DNA of 64,000 bases, from assembly GCA_002633005.1 (NCBI GenBank), contig NMRA01000133.1, positions 347,385 through 411,384 of the forward strand, given 5' to 3'. This DNA is from Phoronis australis (taxonomy: Eukaryota > Animalia > Phoronida). Shown here piece after piece: positions 52,054-64,000 of this stretch. Positions within the stretch are counted from its first letter, which is position 1. Every line of letters starts with the position of its first letter. A program made the position numbers and the translations under genes. The notes below the pieces were generated by a model. The model made no database searches. It had not been told where the DNA came from and saw only the letters and a program-made list of their open reading frames with translations.

Positions 52054-52560
52054 GGAAGTATCTATTGGTTCCTTTGGAACTAAAACTCACGTTCCTATTA
52101 ACTTAACTCCACTTGCAATGCAGATGAGGATGTTGGTCCCGCCGACGACTGAAATAAAAATAGAGATAAGGTAAACATCTTGAAACAAATTACAAAAACT
52201 CACAACAGTATGCTTTTATCATAGAGAGTTCACATGAAACTGTTAATTTCCAAAGTTTGTTGCACTGTTAAGCCTTAGAAAACGACTTTTTTGTTCCTAA
52301 AAGTAGGATACTATTTAAATAGACTATACATTACATTTCACGAATATGCAGAGTACTTTGAGAACAAAAATGGTATCTGAATGAATAACATTATCAATTT
52401 ATCTGAGATGGGAAGTGATCGGAATTGATGTGATCTGGAAGTGCCAAATTGACTGGAGTCTGTATCAAGTACATAGGTTATTAAAGTCAGCGACCATTGT
52501 GCTTCTTTTTCCACTTTTTAACAACCGATCGAAATACCGATCCTTATATGTTGGCGGATG

Positions 52561-54749
52561 CAGGGCTCGACATAACGAGCTGCAGGTCGCATTTGCGACC
52601 TGAAATTTGGAAATGCGAGCTGAGATTTTTGTCAGCTCGTATAAAGTCGCAAAATGCGACCTGGAATTTCCAACGAATGCGAGCTGAGTTTTTACACTTC
52701 TCAACAGATACCTGGCAAATACAAAGCAGCTCTTGTTAATCCGACCGTTATTTGGTTGTTGCCAAATACAAGTTCAAAAGAACACTAACCGAGAACAGGC
52801 CTCCCGATGACTTGTAAGCAAGTCGCGTGAACATGGGATATGCAGAATCGATCTTTGACGCGTTTCATTGGCTAACACTTTCGGCCACTTTTGTAAATTC
52901 CCGGATTCGCCGAAGAAAGTTTCGGGCCAATGCTTACACGTGATAAAACTTCACAAAACAACGGTGTTTCTATTAATTCTTAAGCGATCAACTTACCAAA
53001 CTTTGTGGTGGACAAAAATGCTTATTTTTCACATAAGATGTCCTTATTACATGTACCAAATATCCACGACAATATCCCTGATATCGCACTGCGGCACCAT
53101 TAGCGCGCAAGCGGTCCCGGCAGACAATCGTGACTTAGACTGAGGTATGCTTCTCCTTTTATCGTATTAAGACAGCCAAAGTGAAAATGACAACCTTGTT
53201 AATCGCCAAACGACGGTCACGTCTTTACTTTCAATTTTCCAAGAAATTCTCAAACCCTTTACTTGTTTCTGGGGCTACGTGCGCGAAATATGATTTGTCT
53301 TTCACACGTTGTTGCCAACGTAAAGTGTAGGCCTACTCCAGCGATTCAAGTGCGTGAACTCACGCGTGCGCACCACTTCAAAGAACAGCGACAGTCCTAA
53401 ATGAAAGAGTATACCGGCTTGGCTCTGGTTTATTTGAAAATGAACTCAGATTCCCAGCGGTTATAAAAGACCCGATGTCCCGGGACCGATATAACCCAGA
53501 ACTAACGTTATTCTGTTCCGATGTTTCCCGAGGTCGATGTTCTGTAAACCCTGTATTCTATGCCCGTAGCCAGTTATTGCAACTAAACTGGCACTAGATG
53601 CGAAATTGTGGTTCCAGTTAGCGAACTTTTCATTCTTCTCTTTATACGCCCCCCCCCCCGGCAACTTTTCGCTCCCCGAACCACCGTCGCCGTAAAATGT
53701 TCAGACTTCTATAGAAACAACCTTGTTCCGGCTGAAGCGGGCAGTTAAAAAATCATTCCGGGTGGCTAAAAAGGGTACAATGTAGGTGGTAACGATATCC
53801 AGAAAGTCACCCCTACCAGATGGAGTTTGCCTCGCAAAATCGTATTATTATAATGTTTCTTACCATTGCAGCGTTTTAATATCTTATTACCGCAAACACT
53901 GAGGTTAACGACTATGCTCACGCACAAGCCTACTCCCTACCTTTAAAGTGTTTCATAATAAGCGCTCACTGATCTATTAAAAGTCCTCCCTTAAATTTTG
54001 AGAATTTCCAATTAAGCGCCCACAGTTCAAGCTAGCGCCCATCATTGCGCACTACAAACGACCGCGTGTGGTTTAAAATTGACACGCAGTTTATATGGTG
54101 TGTGTCACTTTCATTTTACACAACTTCAGTTTTCTAAAACGTCTTTTCACAGCATGTAAAAACCAAATCCCGGCTTTGTTTTATACCTCGGAAAGAAAAT
54201 TAACACTAGTGACATGCGTGTCGTTTTGCGACTGACCTATTTTTCCCGTACTTGGAAGGTATTGAAGAGCAAACTCGCGATTACCCGAGTTAGTTTGAAT
54301 CGTTAACGACTTTGATGACGGCCAGTGAGAAGACCAGATCTAACAAAATCCCGGATACTTTTTCAACGGGCATTTTCTCCCTTTTCACATCGCAAATTTA
54401 GCTACTCGAATGCACGAGTCAGTTAGAGAGCACTGATTCAACTTTCACGCCGGCAACTTGCCTTGCGCTCTAGAGACTTTCAATGGCGGTCGTGAAGAAC
54501 AGTAAGGCCGTACCTGCATGAATGAAGTCAATTTTGAAATCCGAAATTTGTGAGTATTTAACGCTGCAGGTAAGAGCATAATCTAAACATTTTCCCGATG
54601 ATCTAAAAAATCTGTTTTGGCGCGTAAAAATGGCGGGAAAATTTTGCGACCTGGCATTTACGAATGCGAGCTGGATTTTGAAAATGCGACCTGGGATTTT
54701 GGCTAGGTCGCAAAATGCGACCTGGCGATTTTATTAGCGTCGAGCCCTG
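52561..54749. mobile_element. 2.2-kb TIR element with 5-bp TSD (hAT5-like, no intact transposase seen)
   Basis: TIR CAGGGCTCGAC...GTCGAGCCCTG, TSD GGATG on both sides, subterminal repeats ATGCGACCTG/ATGCGAGCTG at both ends. Confidence 0.8.
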
Positions 54750-54834
54750 GGATGTTAGGGATAAACTGAACTGTGCATTACTGTGAAAATAACAACAAAA
54801 CAAAGTGTGGGTTAAGAGCCGCGATGAAGCAAGT

Positions 54835-55410
54835 TTTATTGTTTGCTAAGGTTGATGTTTGAGATGTGACCTGTGAACATCTCTATTGTTTCTGATGAGA
54901 TGGCATGTTGTGGGAGTCTACTCCAGAGTAATATAGTAGACGGGAAGAAAAAGTTTGCGTACAGTGCAGTGTGAATGTATGTTTTCTCAAAGGTGAGGGA
55001 GTGGGAATTACATGATCTAGAAATATGTAGGGGGTGCATGGAAGATATGAGGGGGAATGCCAACCATGGTCCTGTACATGAGGGATTGTTTATTTTGAGC
55101 ACCTCTTTCTTGAAGAGTGGGCCATTTAAATGTGGTAAGCATATACGAAACAGAGGAGAATCTGGAGTGGCCATTTAGGATGTTGTTTTCTTTCTATCCT
55201 GTCAATATTGGAGCGAGTGGAGAGATCCTAGACGGAGGAGGAATGTTCAAGTTTGGCCCCCACTAGTGAAGTGTTGGTAAAGGCTTTTGTTTTACGGGAA
55301 GCATACTTGAGGTTGCGTTTAATGAAGCCAAGAGTTCTCTTTGCCTTGAGTTAGAGGTAATTGTGTCTATGTGAGTGTCCCAAGATAAATTATTGGTCAG
55401 AGTGACCCCC
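54835..55410 (-). mobile_element. Degenerate 5'-truncated LINE (CR1/L2-group-like) ORF2 3' end
   Basis: Frameshifted remnants KAKRTLGFIKRNLKYAS and FFFPSTILLWSRLPQHAI, typical of post-RT C-termini of non-LTR elements. Confidence 0.75.
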
Positions 55411-55815
55411 TCGCTAATTCGTTTCTTCAGTAATGTTTAAGTAGCCACGTGTTTGAAGCACATACATGTACAATAAACGCACATCTGGCAGATTTAACCA
55501 GTGTGTTATTTATACTGTATGAATACAGGACAGCATCATAGGCAAAAGTCAGCGACAGTAGAAAGATGCGCCTCAACAAGGCGCAACCACAATTTTCTGG
55601 TATTCACATTTCCTGAACATGAATTTTAAGCAGGGTTTGTCTGTACCACAGACCATATTTACACTTCCTCCATCAGTCACGCCACTTTGTTTGTGTAAAG
55701 TACTACATGTTGAGGATTCGACCAGCCAATCAGAAACGCCGGTGTAAAAAAATTTCTGAGGAAATTTAAGTGATACCTGCGTGATTTTTAGTATACAGCC
55801 TACACTGGCTACAGG

Positions 55816-55894
55816 CACAGGCGTCCTCAGCTTCTGATCGTCCCCAAGTATAATATAGTGTATTGGGGACAATCAGAAGCTGAGGACGCCTGTG
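55816..55894. mobile_element. 79-bp minimal hairpin member of the CACAGGCGTCC family
   Basis: TIRs nearly abutting; perfect 8-bp TSD GCTACAGG at 55808-55815 and 55895-55902. Confidence 0.85.
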
Positions 55895-55907
55895 GCTACA
55901 GGCAGCC

Positions 55908-56831
55908 TAGGCAATGATCATCGCCTCTGTTGGCCTGAACCAGAGGCGATGCAGAGGCTATAGGCGCTCTGTACGCCGGAAGCTTTTCGGCGAATTATGC
56001 CTCGCACCGACTAAACAATCAGAGTCACATTGTTATAAATACCTTTCGCACATAGAGGAAAACCTGAGGAAGTTGTCGATGTGTTTAATTCCTTCCAACT
56101 CGAACAAAGCTCCCATTATCAAACTTTTTCTTCGACCAGTCCCTATTTCAGTTCCCAAAATCGTGAACTCACCATTTTTATACTGCGCACGCTCCAATTT
56201 TTACCGCGCTCGCTAGGTGATGTGACTTCATGACCTCAATCTTTAAATAGGCCAAAGGTGAGCCATTGCGGTCTTGTCAGTCAAATGTTCGTTTCCAAAA
56301 TGCCACCACTTATACTTGTCTTTAATTGACGTTACTTGAAACTGATTGTATTTCAATGAATTATTGTTTGTATTTGATAAAAATAAATGCTGTTGATATG
56401 ACATTTAATAGTCTTTGTGCACATATTTGACATTTTAATGTTTAACAACACGGCAAATGCACGGCTGGTTCCCGGCAGCACGTACGCGAAGGGCGGGAAC
56501 TTCAGCTTTCAAAGTTCGCCGGTAGGTCCGCAACTTCTTTGGCCTGGTTAAAAAAATGAAAATGTTGATTTCACGATTTTGGGAACTGAAATAGGGACTG
56601 CTCAAAGAAAAAGTTTCATAACGGGAGTATTTGTTCGAGTTGGAAGGAATTAGACACATCGACAACCTCCTAAAGGTGTTCCTCTATGCGCAAAAGGTAT
56701 TTATAACAACGTGACTTTGATGGTTTAGTCGGTGCGAGGCATAATTCGCCGAAAAGCTTCCGGCGTACAGAGCGCCTATAGCCTCTACATCGCCTCTGCT
56801 TCGGGCCAACAGAGGCGATGGTCATTGCCTA
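55908..56831. mobile_element. Long-TIR non-autonomous DNA element with 9-bp TSD (Mutator/foldback-like)
   Basis: About 260-bp inverted arms starting TAGGCAATGA; TSD CAGGCAGCC at 55899-55907 and 56832-56840. Confidence 0.85.
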
Positions 56832-57257
56832 CAGGCAGCCCAGCGGCACGCAGGGAACCAACGAGGAGTGACCCCAAGACAAGGTATGGGCTTGATTTAT
56901 CCATTTGAGTGATGCGTTGCGAAGATCAGAACCAAGCATTAGAAACTGTAATTTCTGGTAACATGTTAGTGCAATAAATAACCAAAAATCGACAAAACTT
57001 ACCAAAACATCGTGAACGTGCTGTCCATACACTGTCGTAAACGCCTTTTTGTTGGCAAACAAATTGTACTATAGCCACGATACAATAAAACATTTCCCCT
57101 ATTAGCCTCCGTTGTATTCACGGTAGATGCACTATACAGTGTAAAAACGTGTAAAAAATGAATGCATTAAAATCTATTTCTTTCCGAATTAATATCAAAC
57201 ACATCCTGAAACAGAGTTCCCGAAATGTTATCTTTCTACAGATTTCTTCTAACTGTC

Positions 57258-57358
57258 ATGGCGACCCCCTTGCTCACAGCGGTTTTCTGCAAAGATTGTT
57301 TCACGCGACGGTTTCCTATTGTGTCGTCTTGTTTAAAACGTTTTCTACTATCTCAAAG
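57258..57358 (+). CDS. GATB: Probable first coding exon of GATB (mitochondrial targeting peptide)
   Basis: ATGGCG start, peptide MATPLLTAVFCKDCFTRRFPIVSSCLKRFLLSQ, phase-2 donor (AG/GTGCTT, weak) compatible with the phase-2 acceptor at 58046. An upstream acceptor TCTTTCTACAG ends at 57241. Confidence 0.55.
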
Positions 57359-57466
57359 GTGCTTCTAAAAGAACTAATAGTGTTTAATTGGATCTAATTA
57401 TCAGTATGTCGCTCTTATGCATGGGTGGCGCAGCACTGAAAGAAATGGGGGGGGCAATACGTTCTG

Positions 57467-57668
57467 TAGGCAATGACCATCGCCTCTGTTGGCCCGAAGC
57501 AGAGGCGATGTAGAGGCTATAGGCGCTCTGTACGCCGGAAGCTTTTCGGCAAATTATGCCTCGCACCGACTAAACCATCAAAGTCACGTTGTTATAAATA
57601 CCTTTTGCGCATAGAGGAACACCTTAGGAGGTTGTCGAAGTGTTTAAGTCCTTCCAACTCGAACAAAT
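57467..57668 (+). mobile_element. Solo truncated TIR arm of the 55908-56831 family
   Basis: Near-identical to the reverse complement of about 56630-56831. Confidence 0.8.
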
Positions 57669-58045
57669 GATATTACCTCCTAAATTGTTTAAGTCAAAAC
57701 CAGTGTTGAAAATATCCTCTATTAGTTGCTACCAAATTGCGTAATGTTTTGGTCTTGATAACATATCACAATGACATATTTCGATCTCCTGAGCGTGTGG
57801 GCTTTTATGATTCTTGCTTGAAATTGACAAAGTTACGATTATTAAAAACGGGACCTGTATGTTCAACTTGTATTGGCATAAGTGACCAGTAGCCTCTTTT
57901 GGCTTTACGATAATCCTCAATTTTCTCAATTGTGTTTTTCAGACTTGTGGCTAATTTTGTACACTTGCCAAGAGTTAACCCAATGATATCTCAGTCATCA
58001 CCTTGAATACATACTGTAGCTCATTAACATATTCTTTCATTTCAG

Positions 58046-61000
58046 TGGCAAACAACCTTATTGGAGGCCAGTCATTGGTCTAGAAATCCATGCCCAGATC
58101 CTGTCTAACTCCAAGCTGTTCTCGGGGGCGGGTACTGTGTTTGCTGCTGCCACAAACTCACAAGTATCTTATTTTGACGCTGCACTTCCGGGCACATTGC
58201 CAGTAAGGAAACACTGTTTAAGAGGATTCGACACAATTTGCCAAAAAGCCATAAAGTAGTTCTTGTAGTACAGCATTAAAACATTCTAATGTTGTTTTTA
58301 TAATTTCAATTAATAGAATATTTAATTTGAAAATTTTTGATTTTGCATTGCTTTAATTTTTATTTTGGGTTTTGCTGTTAAATAGCGTGTGATATCAAAC
58401 TTTACAATTATCTCGAAGCCGTTAAAACATAAAACTGACATTAATCAGTTTTCCAAACCATTTCAGTCATTAATTTTATTAGAGGTAAATTTCACATTTT
58501 TGACAAGTGCCTTTGTTTTCGTGGTTGTAACTGGAAATTAATTTTAATGACCCCACAATTTTTACAGAGTAAAAAGTACGAAAAATAGTATGAAGTTCAA
58601 TGGCAAATTAAAATTAAGTAATTAAATAATTCTACTCTCAGAAGGTGGGTGGTACTTTTTACCATCTTAGTGGGTAGACGCAAAAGAGAAAGAGCTGTTC
58701 AGCATCGTGGCGTTCATGATGGGATAAGTGTTGCCTGTAATTGAGCATTGCTGACATTTGTACAGTTTCACAGGTGCCACCTAGCAGCCATCAAGCTCTT
58801 CAGTGTTTTTAAAAACGAGTTTTGTGGCAAAAATGAATACCTACATTCTTATTCCCAGGTCATCAACAAACGTTGTGTCGAGGCTGCAATCAAGACTGGC
58901 TTAGCCTTAAACTGTAAAATAAACCTGACTTCGAAGTTTGACCGAAAGCACTATTTCTATGGGGATCTTCCAGTAAGTGAAATTTCGTTTTGAAATCTTA
59001 ACTTTTTTCTTGGCGTATAATAATTTGTTACTTTACAAATATTTTAATATACTGCCTGTTTGCAGGAATCACGTTTTTGAGAAAGGTTTTAACTTTTAAT
59101 TTAAAAATTTAATTTTTGATTTTTGATTTCTTATATTTTCCACTCTATTCAGGCCAAATTATCATTTTGCTCTTTAAGCATTACAGTAATTTGTGTTCAT
59201 GCATGTGCATATATTAACTATGTTTGATAATGTCTAAGAGTTGCATTTCATCGCTGTTTAGCTGTCAATATTGAATTCTTAACCAAAGCGCTTTGGGGTT
59301 TAAAAGGATTGGTAACGAAAATAGAATCCTATTGCAGTAAAGAATATTATGAGATTGATTTTATGAGAGTAAAGGGTCTGAATTAAACCAGTTAAACATG
59401 GTGAAATTCACCTTTAAATAAAAAAACTGGAACACGTTCCTTTAAAACATTTATTGCTATATTTAGGCAGGTTATCAAATAACCCAACATCGTACTCCAA
59501 TTGCTGTGGACGGACATTTAGACTATGTCGTTTACGGCAAACATACAAAGCAGAAGCCCCAAAGTCTCCGGGCGAGAATTATCCAGATTCAAATGGAGCA
59601 GGACAGTGGGAAAAGTCTACATGATGTTGAGGAGCGGAAAAGTTTGATTGACTTGAATAGGGCAGGTAGGATACACTGATAAGGTCACTGCATGATGTAG
59701 AGAAGTGGAAATGTTTGATTGACTTGAATAGGGCAGGTAGGATACACTGATAAGGTCTCTACTCAAGGTTATGTTGGACTCTACAGAAATGTCCAGTTTT
59801 GGCTAGCTTCGAAATATCATTTCTTGGAAATGACTGATTGGATTTGTAAAAAAATTTCAGACGAGCTGTGATTTATGCTCAGTTCTCCAAAACTGTTTTA
59901 GTAATTGTGTTGTTATTAATCAATACTTTGATATAAAAGTAAGAATTATTGGTCTTCTTACTCGCCGTGTGTTGGTTACGTCACATGTCTGTTTGGGTAA
60001 GATGCTCTTTATTAAGTCTGCTTGGATTGGCGGCCCCGACAGCTCAGTGGACTAGAACATCTGCATGGTTAGCAGAAAGACTTGGGTTCAAACCCCGGTC
60101 GGGACAGCGATCTTTTCAGACTTAACTATAGGTCATGTGATATGACCATCGTATGACGTGTATGAAGACTAATAATTCTTTGAGGAATTGTTTTTAAATT
60201 GCTCCACTTTTGCACGAGGGGCAAGTAAAAACAAGAATTCAAAAATAGGAAAAATCTAAATTTTCAAAAGGGCATTTTAGAAAACTGTAACAGCGTTTTT
60301 GAGATTTCATCTAGAATATTGATATCACATGAAATTTGATCATGTAATTCATACCAGTGTTTTGTTATGAATGTTCTTTTATTTTACACTACGTTTTACT
60401 AAAAAGACATGGTCACATGACCCAATTAATGACAGATTAAAAATCAAATTATACATGGTTTCTACTTTCAGAAAAAAATATTACTTTCTAAAGTTTTTTA
60501 GATATTTAACTAAATGCATAGACTTGTCAAAAATGTCCTACGTCACCTTAAAGTGGAACTATCGCATTTGAAACATCTTATGCAGATGTTGTTTTTGATA
60601 GTATTAACTTCTCGTCATGACAGTCAACGTTGGGTTATTAATATTTTGTGTGTTTGAAAACTTTCCTGTCCACGACATCGCTCTCGGACAACAGTCTCAC
60701 TTTGTACATTTGTGTAATGTTAACGGTGTTTGAAAATGTTGTTTCAGGAGTGGGTCTAATGGAGATAGTCACGGCCCCAGATTTCACAAGTGCTGAGGAG
60801 GCGTCATCATTCGTCAATGAACTGCAGCTGGTACTGCGGACGATAGAAACGTGTGATGGAAATATGGCTGGTGAGGGAACTGTCTACGTGTTACAATTTC
60901 TGCAAAAAAATAATGATTAGAAATACCCCCGGTAGATTCATCGAAATATGTTAATAATAAGTAATTGAAAAAGATTTTAGACTTTTAAGTGTGCGCGCAT

Positions 61001-63796
61001 TAATTTGAAACTATCAGAGCTAATTTGATTTTCTTTGTGTTTTCCAGAGGGGTCAATGAGGGTTGACGCAAACATCTCCATTCATGCACCTGATGAACCA
61101 CTGAAGGGTATTCGGGCAGAGGTGAAGAATATAAATAGTTTCCGCTTCGTAAGGAAAGCAATAGGTAGGTTACACTTTCTATTTAGAGCGTGAATCTTGG
61201 CTCTTAGTTGGGTCAAATGAAATGTAAATAGTTGGCATGCAGTAAAATCTCATTGGTTTAGGACACAATGTGGCAGACCGCAAATTGGCAATAAATGTTT
61301 TACCATTTTCATGTCATATTCCACAGCTGGGATCTGACAATGTTTTTTCAAGTTGCGTTTCTTTCACGGCAATGTTATGAAACTAATGAAAAAAGTTGTA
61401 CCAAATATTGATATCCTGAATTGGCAAGATTTTACCATATTTTGACATCTGTAGTTTGTACTCAGAGGAGTATAATATCTTGTGTACTGCATCGTTCTTT
61501 GCAGCATATCTTTAATTTCTAAAGAATTTACTGTTAGGTGTTGACTTAGGGGTTGTTCTCTAAATTTCATATCACTACACTGCTGTCATACCTCATCATA
61601 AACAACAACAAAATCAAAATTTAAGAATTAGAATTTAATTTTTAATGATTTGATTTTTGTACGATAAAAATTTTATCAATACTTAGCTCTGTACTCTTTT
61701 AAATTGATAGTCATTGCTTATCAGCATTCTGCTATTTTTCTAGCAGATATTTGTGAAGATTTCTCCCTGTTTTGATGTGTCTAAGTCTGACACAGTTTTG
61801 TACTGACACAAATGCATTTTTCATTGCTCAATTTTATACCTTTATGGCAGGATGTGAAAGAAGAGCAACATGGAGTGTTGAAATGTGCCCACGAATGCAT
61901 TGCAAATGGTGTGCTTTTAGGGTTATTTATTTTTATCATAAAAATGGCCACTAGATGGCACAAAAACATACAATCCATCCAACAACAGGAACATGCCATA
62001 TTTTAATAAAATATGTCAAGGAACTTCAGTGAAACAAGAGAAAACAGAATAAAATGAAATTGCCACTAGTGGGCACAGCTTCTGTTGGATTCGCCTGAAA
62101 GTTGTCGTCGTATGTTGTTATCTTCATATAAATACACTTACAGATCCTGCAGTGGGTTTAGAAGAAACAACTATGGGCACAGAATAAAACAAAACTACCA
62201 CTAGGAGGCGCCACAGTAGTTAGTCACCATCGTCAAACGTCCTCTTCACACTGAGAATATGTAAGCCAATTTTGAAAACCATCCCTAGAATGATTTGGTT
62301 GATACAGGGGTAGACGCCAAAAGCAAGACTTGAAAACAGAAAAAATGGCAAAATACCTCGATTCCATCCAAAAACAGCAAAATAGTGTCATCTTACCAAT
62401 AGATGCCTATATTTAAAATTTTATGAAAATATGTTGAGGACCTTTGAAGATACAGAATTAAACGTAAAAACTAAAATTGCCACTAAGGCGCACACCAGTA
62501 GTCAGATCTTTCCGAAAGTCTTCGTTGCCTGTAGTCAACATCATATAAATACACTTGCTAAATTAAGTAAAGATCCTGCAAACACTTTAAGAGATACAGC
62601 CATGAGCGGAAAAAAAAACTGCCACAATGTGGCGCCCCAGTATACAAAGTCATCAGAAAATCATCGTCAGCTGTCCACTTCATAGTAAAAACATACATGC
62701 CAATTTTCAAAATTATCCTGAAAACGATTTGGTTGATAGATTAGTGAATGCCAAAAAACAGGCTCGAAAAAAGTAAAAATGGCCACTAGGTGGCGCAAGC
62801 AAGATCGAATTCATCTGAAAACGGAGCGATAGCGTCACCTTATTAACAGATGCCAGTATGCCAAATTTTATGAAAATACGGTGAGGACCTTTGAAGATTC
62901 AGAGGTAAACGTAAAAAAATAAAATTGCCACTAGGTGGCACACCAGTAGTCAGATCTATCCAAAAGTCGTCCTCGTCCGTTGTTAACATCATATAAATAC
63001 ACTTACTAAATTTCGTAAAGATCCTGTGAACGGTTTAGGAGAAACAGCCATAGGCGCAAAAAAAAAACTGCCACTAGGAGGCGCCACAGTAGTCGGAAGT
63101 CGTCGGAAAATCGTCGGACGTCAACTTCATAGTAAGAACATACATGACAATTTTCACAATCATTTTTGAGCGGTTTGGATGATAGAGAGGTTGACGCAAA
63201 AAAACAGTAAAAAGGACCTCTAGGTGGCGCAACATACCCTGAATCCACCTGAAAACGAGAGGATCGCGTCATCTTACTAATAGGTGCCTACATACCAAAT
63301 TTCATTAAAATCAGTTTAGGACTTTTGAAGATACAGAGGTAAGCATAAAAAACTAAAATTGCCACCAGAGGGCACACCGATTGTCAGAGCGGTCCGAAAA
63401 TTCGCTCATGCTGTCCCATTCACGGAAGGAACACGTGCAAAATTTCATGAACATATGTCAAGGGGTTTTGGAGATAGAGCAGCAGACGCCGGACGGACGG
63501 AGATGACGGCGTAAATATGTGGGCGCATAAAAAGGACAAATTAATTCATTTTTCATTTTTTGTCATAAGCTCTTTGAGTGATTCACTGATCAGATGCAAG
63601 TTTTGCTTTTGCTTGTACCAAATCTCTATTTTTTACTTTTCATTTTTGGTTTGAAAAATGTAACTATTATCGTGATGTTTTGAAATACTCACTTTTACGT
63701 GTTGGTTTCAGACTATGAAATAAAAAGACAAACGGCAGTGCGGGAAAGTGGTAAAAACATCGTTAAAGAGACAAGAGCATTTGATTTTGCTACAGG
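58046..63796 (+). CDS. GATB: Mitochondrial glutamyl-tRNA(Gln) amidotransferase subunit B, partial (continues beyond the right edge)
   Basis: Phase-compatible exons 58046-58202, 58859-58972, 59467-59665, 60748-60870, 61048-61164, 63712-63796. Motifs [84 protein letters not shown]. Confidence 0.95.
59620..59757 (+). repeat. 71-bp tandem duplication of a GATB exon end plus splice donor
   Basis: GTTTGATTGACTTGAATAGGGCAG/GTAGGATACACTGATAAGGTC occurs at 59642 and 59713. Confidence 0.9.
59941..60180. mobile_element. 240-bp TIR element carrying an internal tRNA-like sequence
   Basis: About 60-bp imperfect inverted arms 59941-60001 and 60121-60180 (AAGAATTATTGGTCTTC / GAAGACTAATAATTCTT). Confidence 0.7.
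60033..60106 (+). pseudogene. tRNA-derived sequence (Thr-GGT-like anticodon), probably repeat-borne rather than a functional tRNA
   Basis: Acceptor GCCCCGA/TCGGGAC, A box CAGCTCAGTGG, anticodon stem TCTGC/GCAGA with a 7-nt loop, B box GGTTCAAACCC. Confidence 0.65.
61940..63533 (+). mobile_element. Helentron/HINE-like repeat with an internal ~145-bp tandem array
   Basis: About 10-11 diverged subunits in ABC trimer order, most with a CCACTAGGTGGCGC-like motif; AAACAAGAG near the 5' end and a GGACGGACGG microsatellite near the 3' end. Confidence 0.6.
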
Positions 63797-64000
63797 GTAA
63801 GTGACAAACCTATGTCTTGCATCATAGCCTCTCATGGTTTTATCATATGTTCGAGGTGCAGTTGTTCAATTTTCTTTCAATTGGAGAAATACATTGTTTT
63901 TTCATTCCATTAACCTTTTTATGGATAACGTAAGATGTCATGTACACAAAAGATTGTAGAATAACGGCTATACAAAACAGCCCTGGTAGTTGATGTAGAT

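Larger units (their letters stand above)
59763..60551. mobile_element. Kolobok-like MITE with a nested insertion
   Basis: AAGGTTATGTTGGAC ... GTCCTACGTCACCTTAA termini; interrupted by 59941-60180. Confidence 0.6.

Noticed and set aside
54483-54575. ATGGCG start plus donor as GATB first coding exon
   Set aside because: The frame stops after 12 codons and it lies inside a TIR element; 57258 fits better.

Overview
AT-rich, intron-containing eukaryotic DNA from an invertebrate animal; a lophotrochozoan-like host is only an inference from the repeat style. There is one N, at 21060. Four spliced genes can be reconstructed by eye: an otopetrin proton-channel gene (minus strand, runs off the left edge, possible acidic first exon about 26 kb upstream), Rab9 (plus, complete), ADCK2/aarF kinase (minus, complete, 9 coding exons) and mitochondrial GatB/PET112 (plus, runs off the right edge). 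They appear to form two head-to-head pairs. Introns and spacers are full of non-autonomous elements. The most striking is a 538-bp miniature LTR retrotransposon (TRIM) whose LTRs contain a tRNA-like Pol III cassette, with PBS, PPT and a 4-bp TSD, nested in a DNA-type MITE. Also seen: a second tRNA-like cassette between TIRs, a roughly 145-bp-period array of CTCF-like motifs in a Helentron-like repeat, a perfect 95-bp-arm palindrome, a duplicated GatB splice donor, and a roughly 2.2/2.7-kb tandem duplication across the N that is probably uncollapsed haplotypes. All coordinates were counted by hand and no database searches were run.
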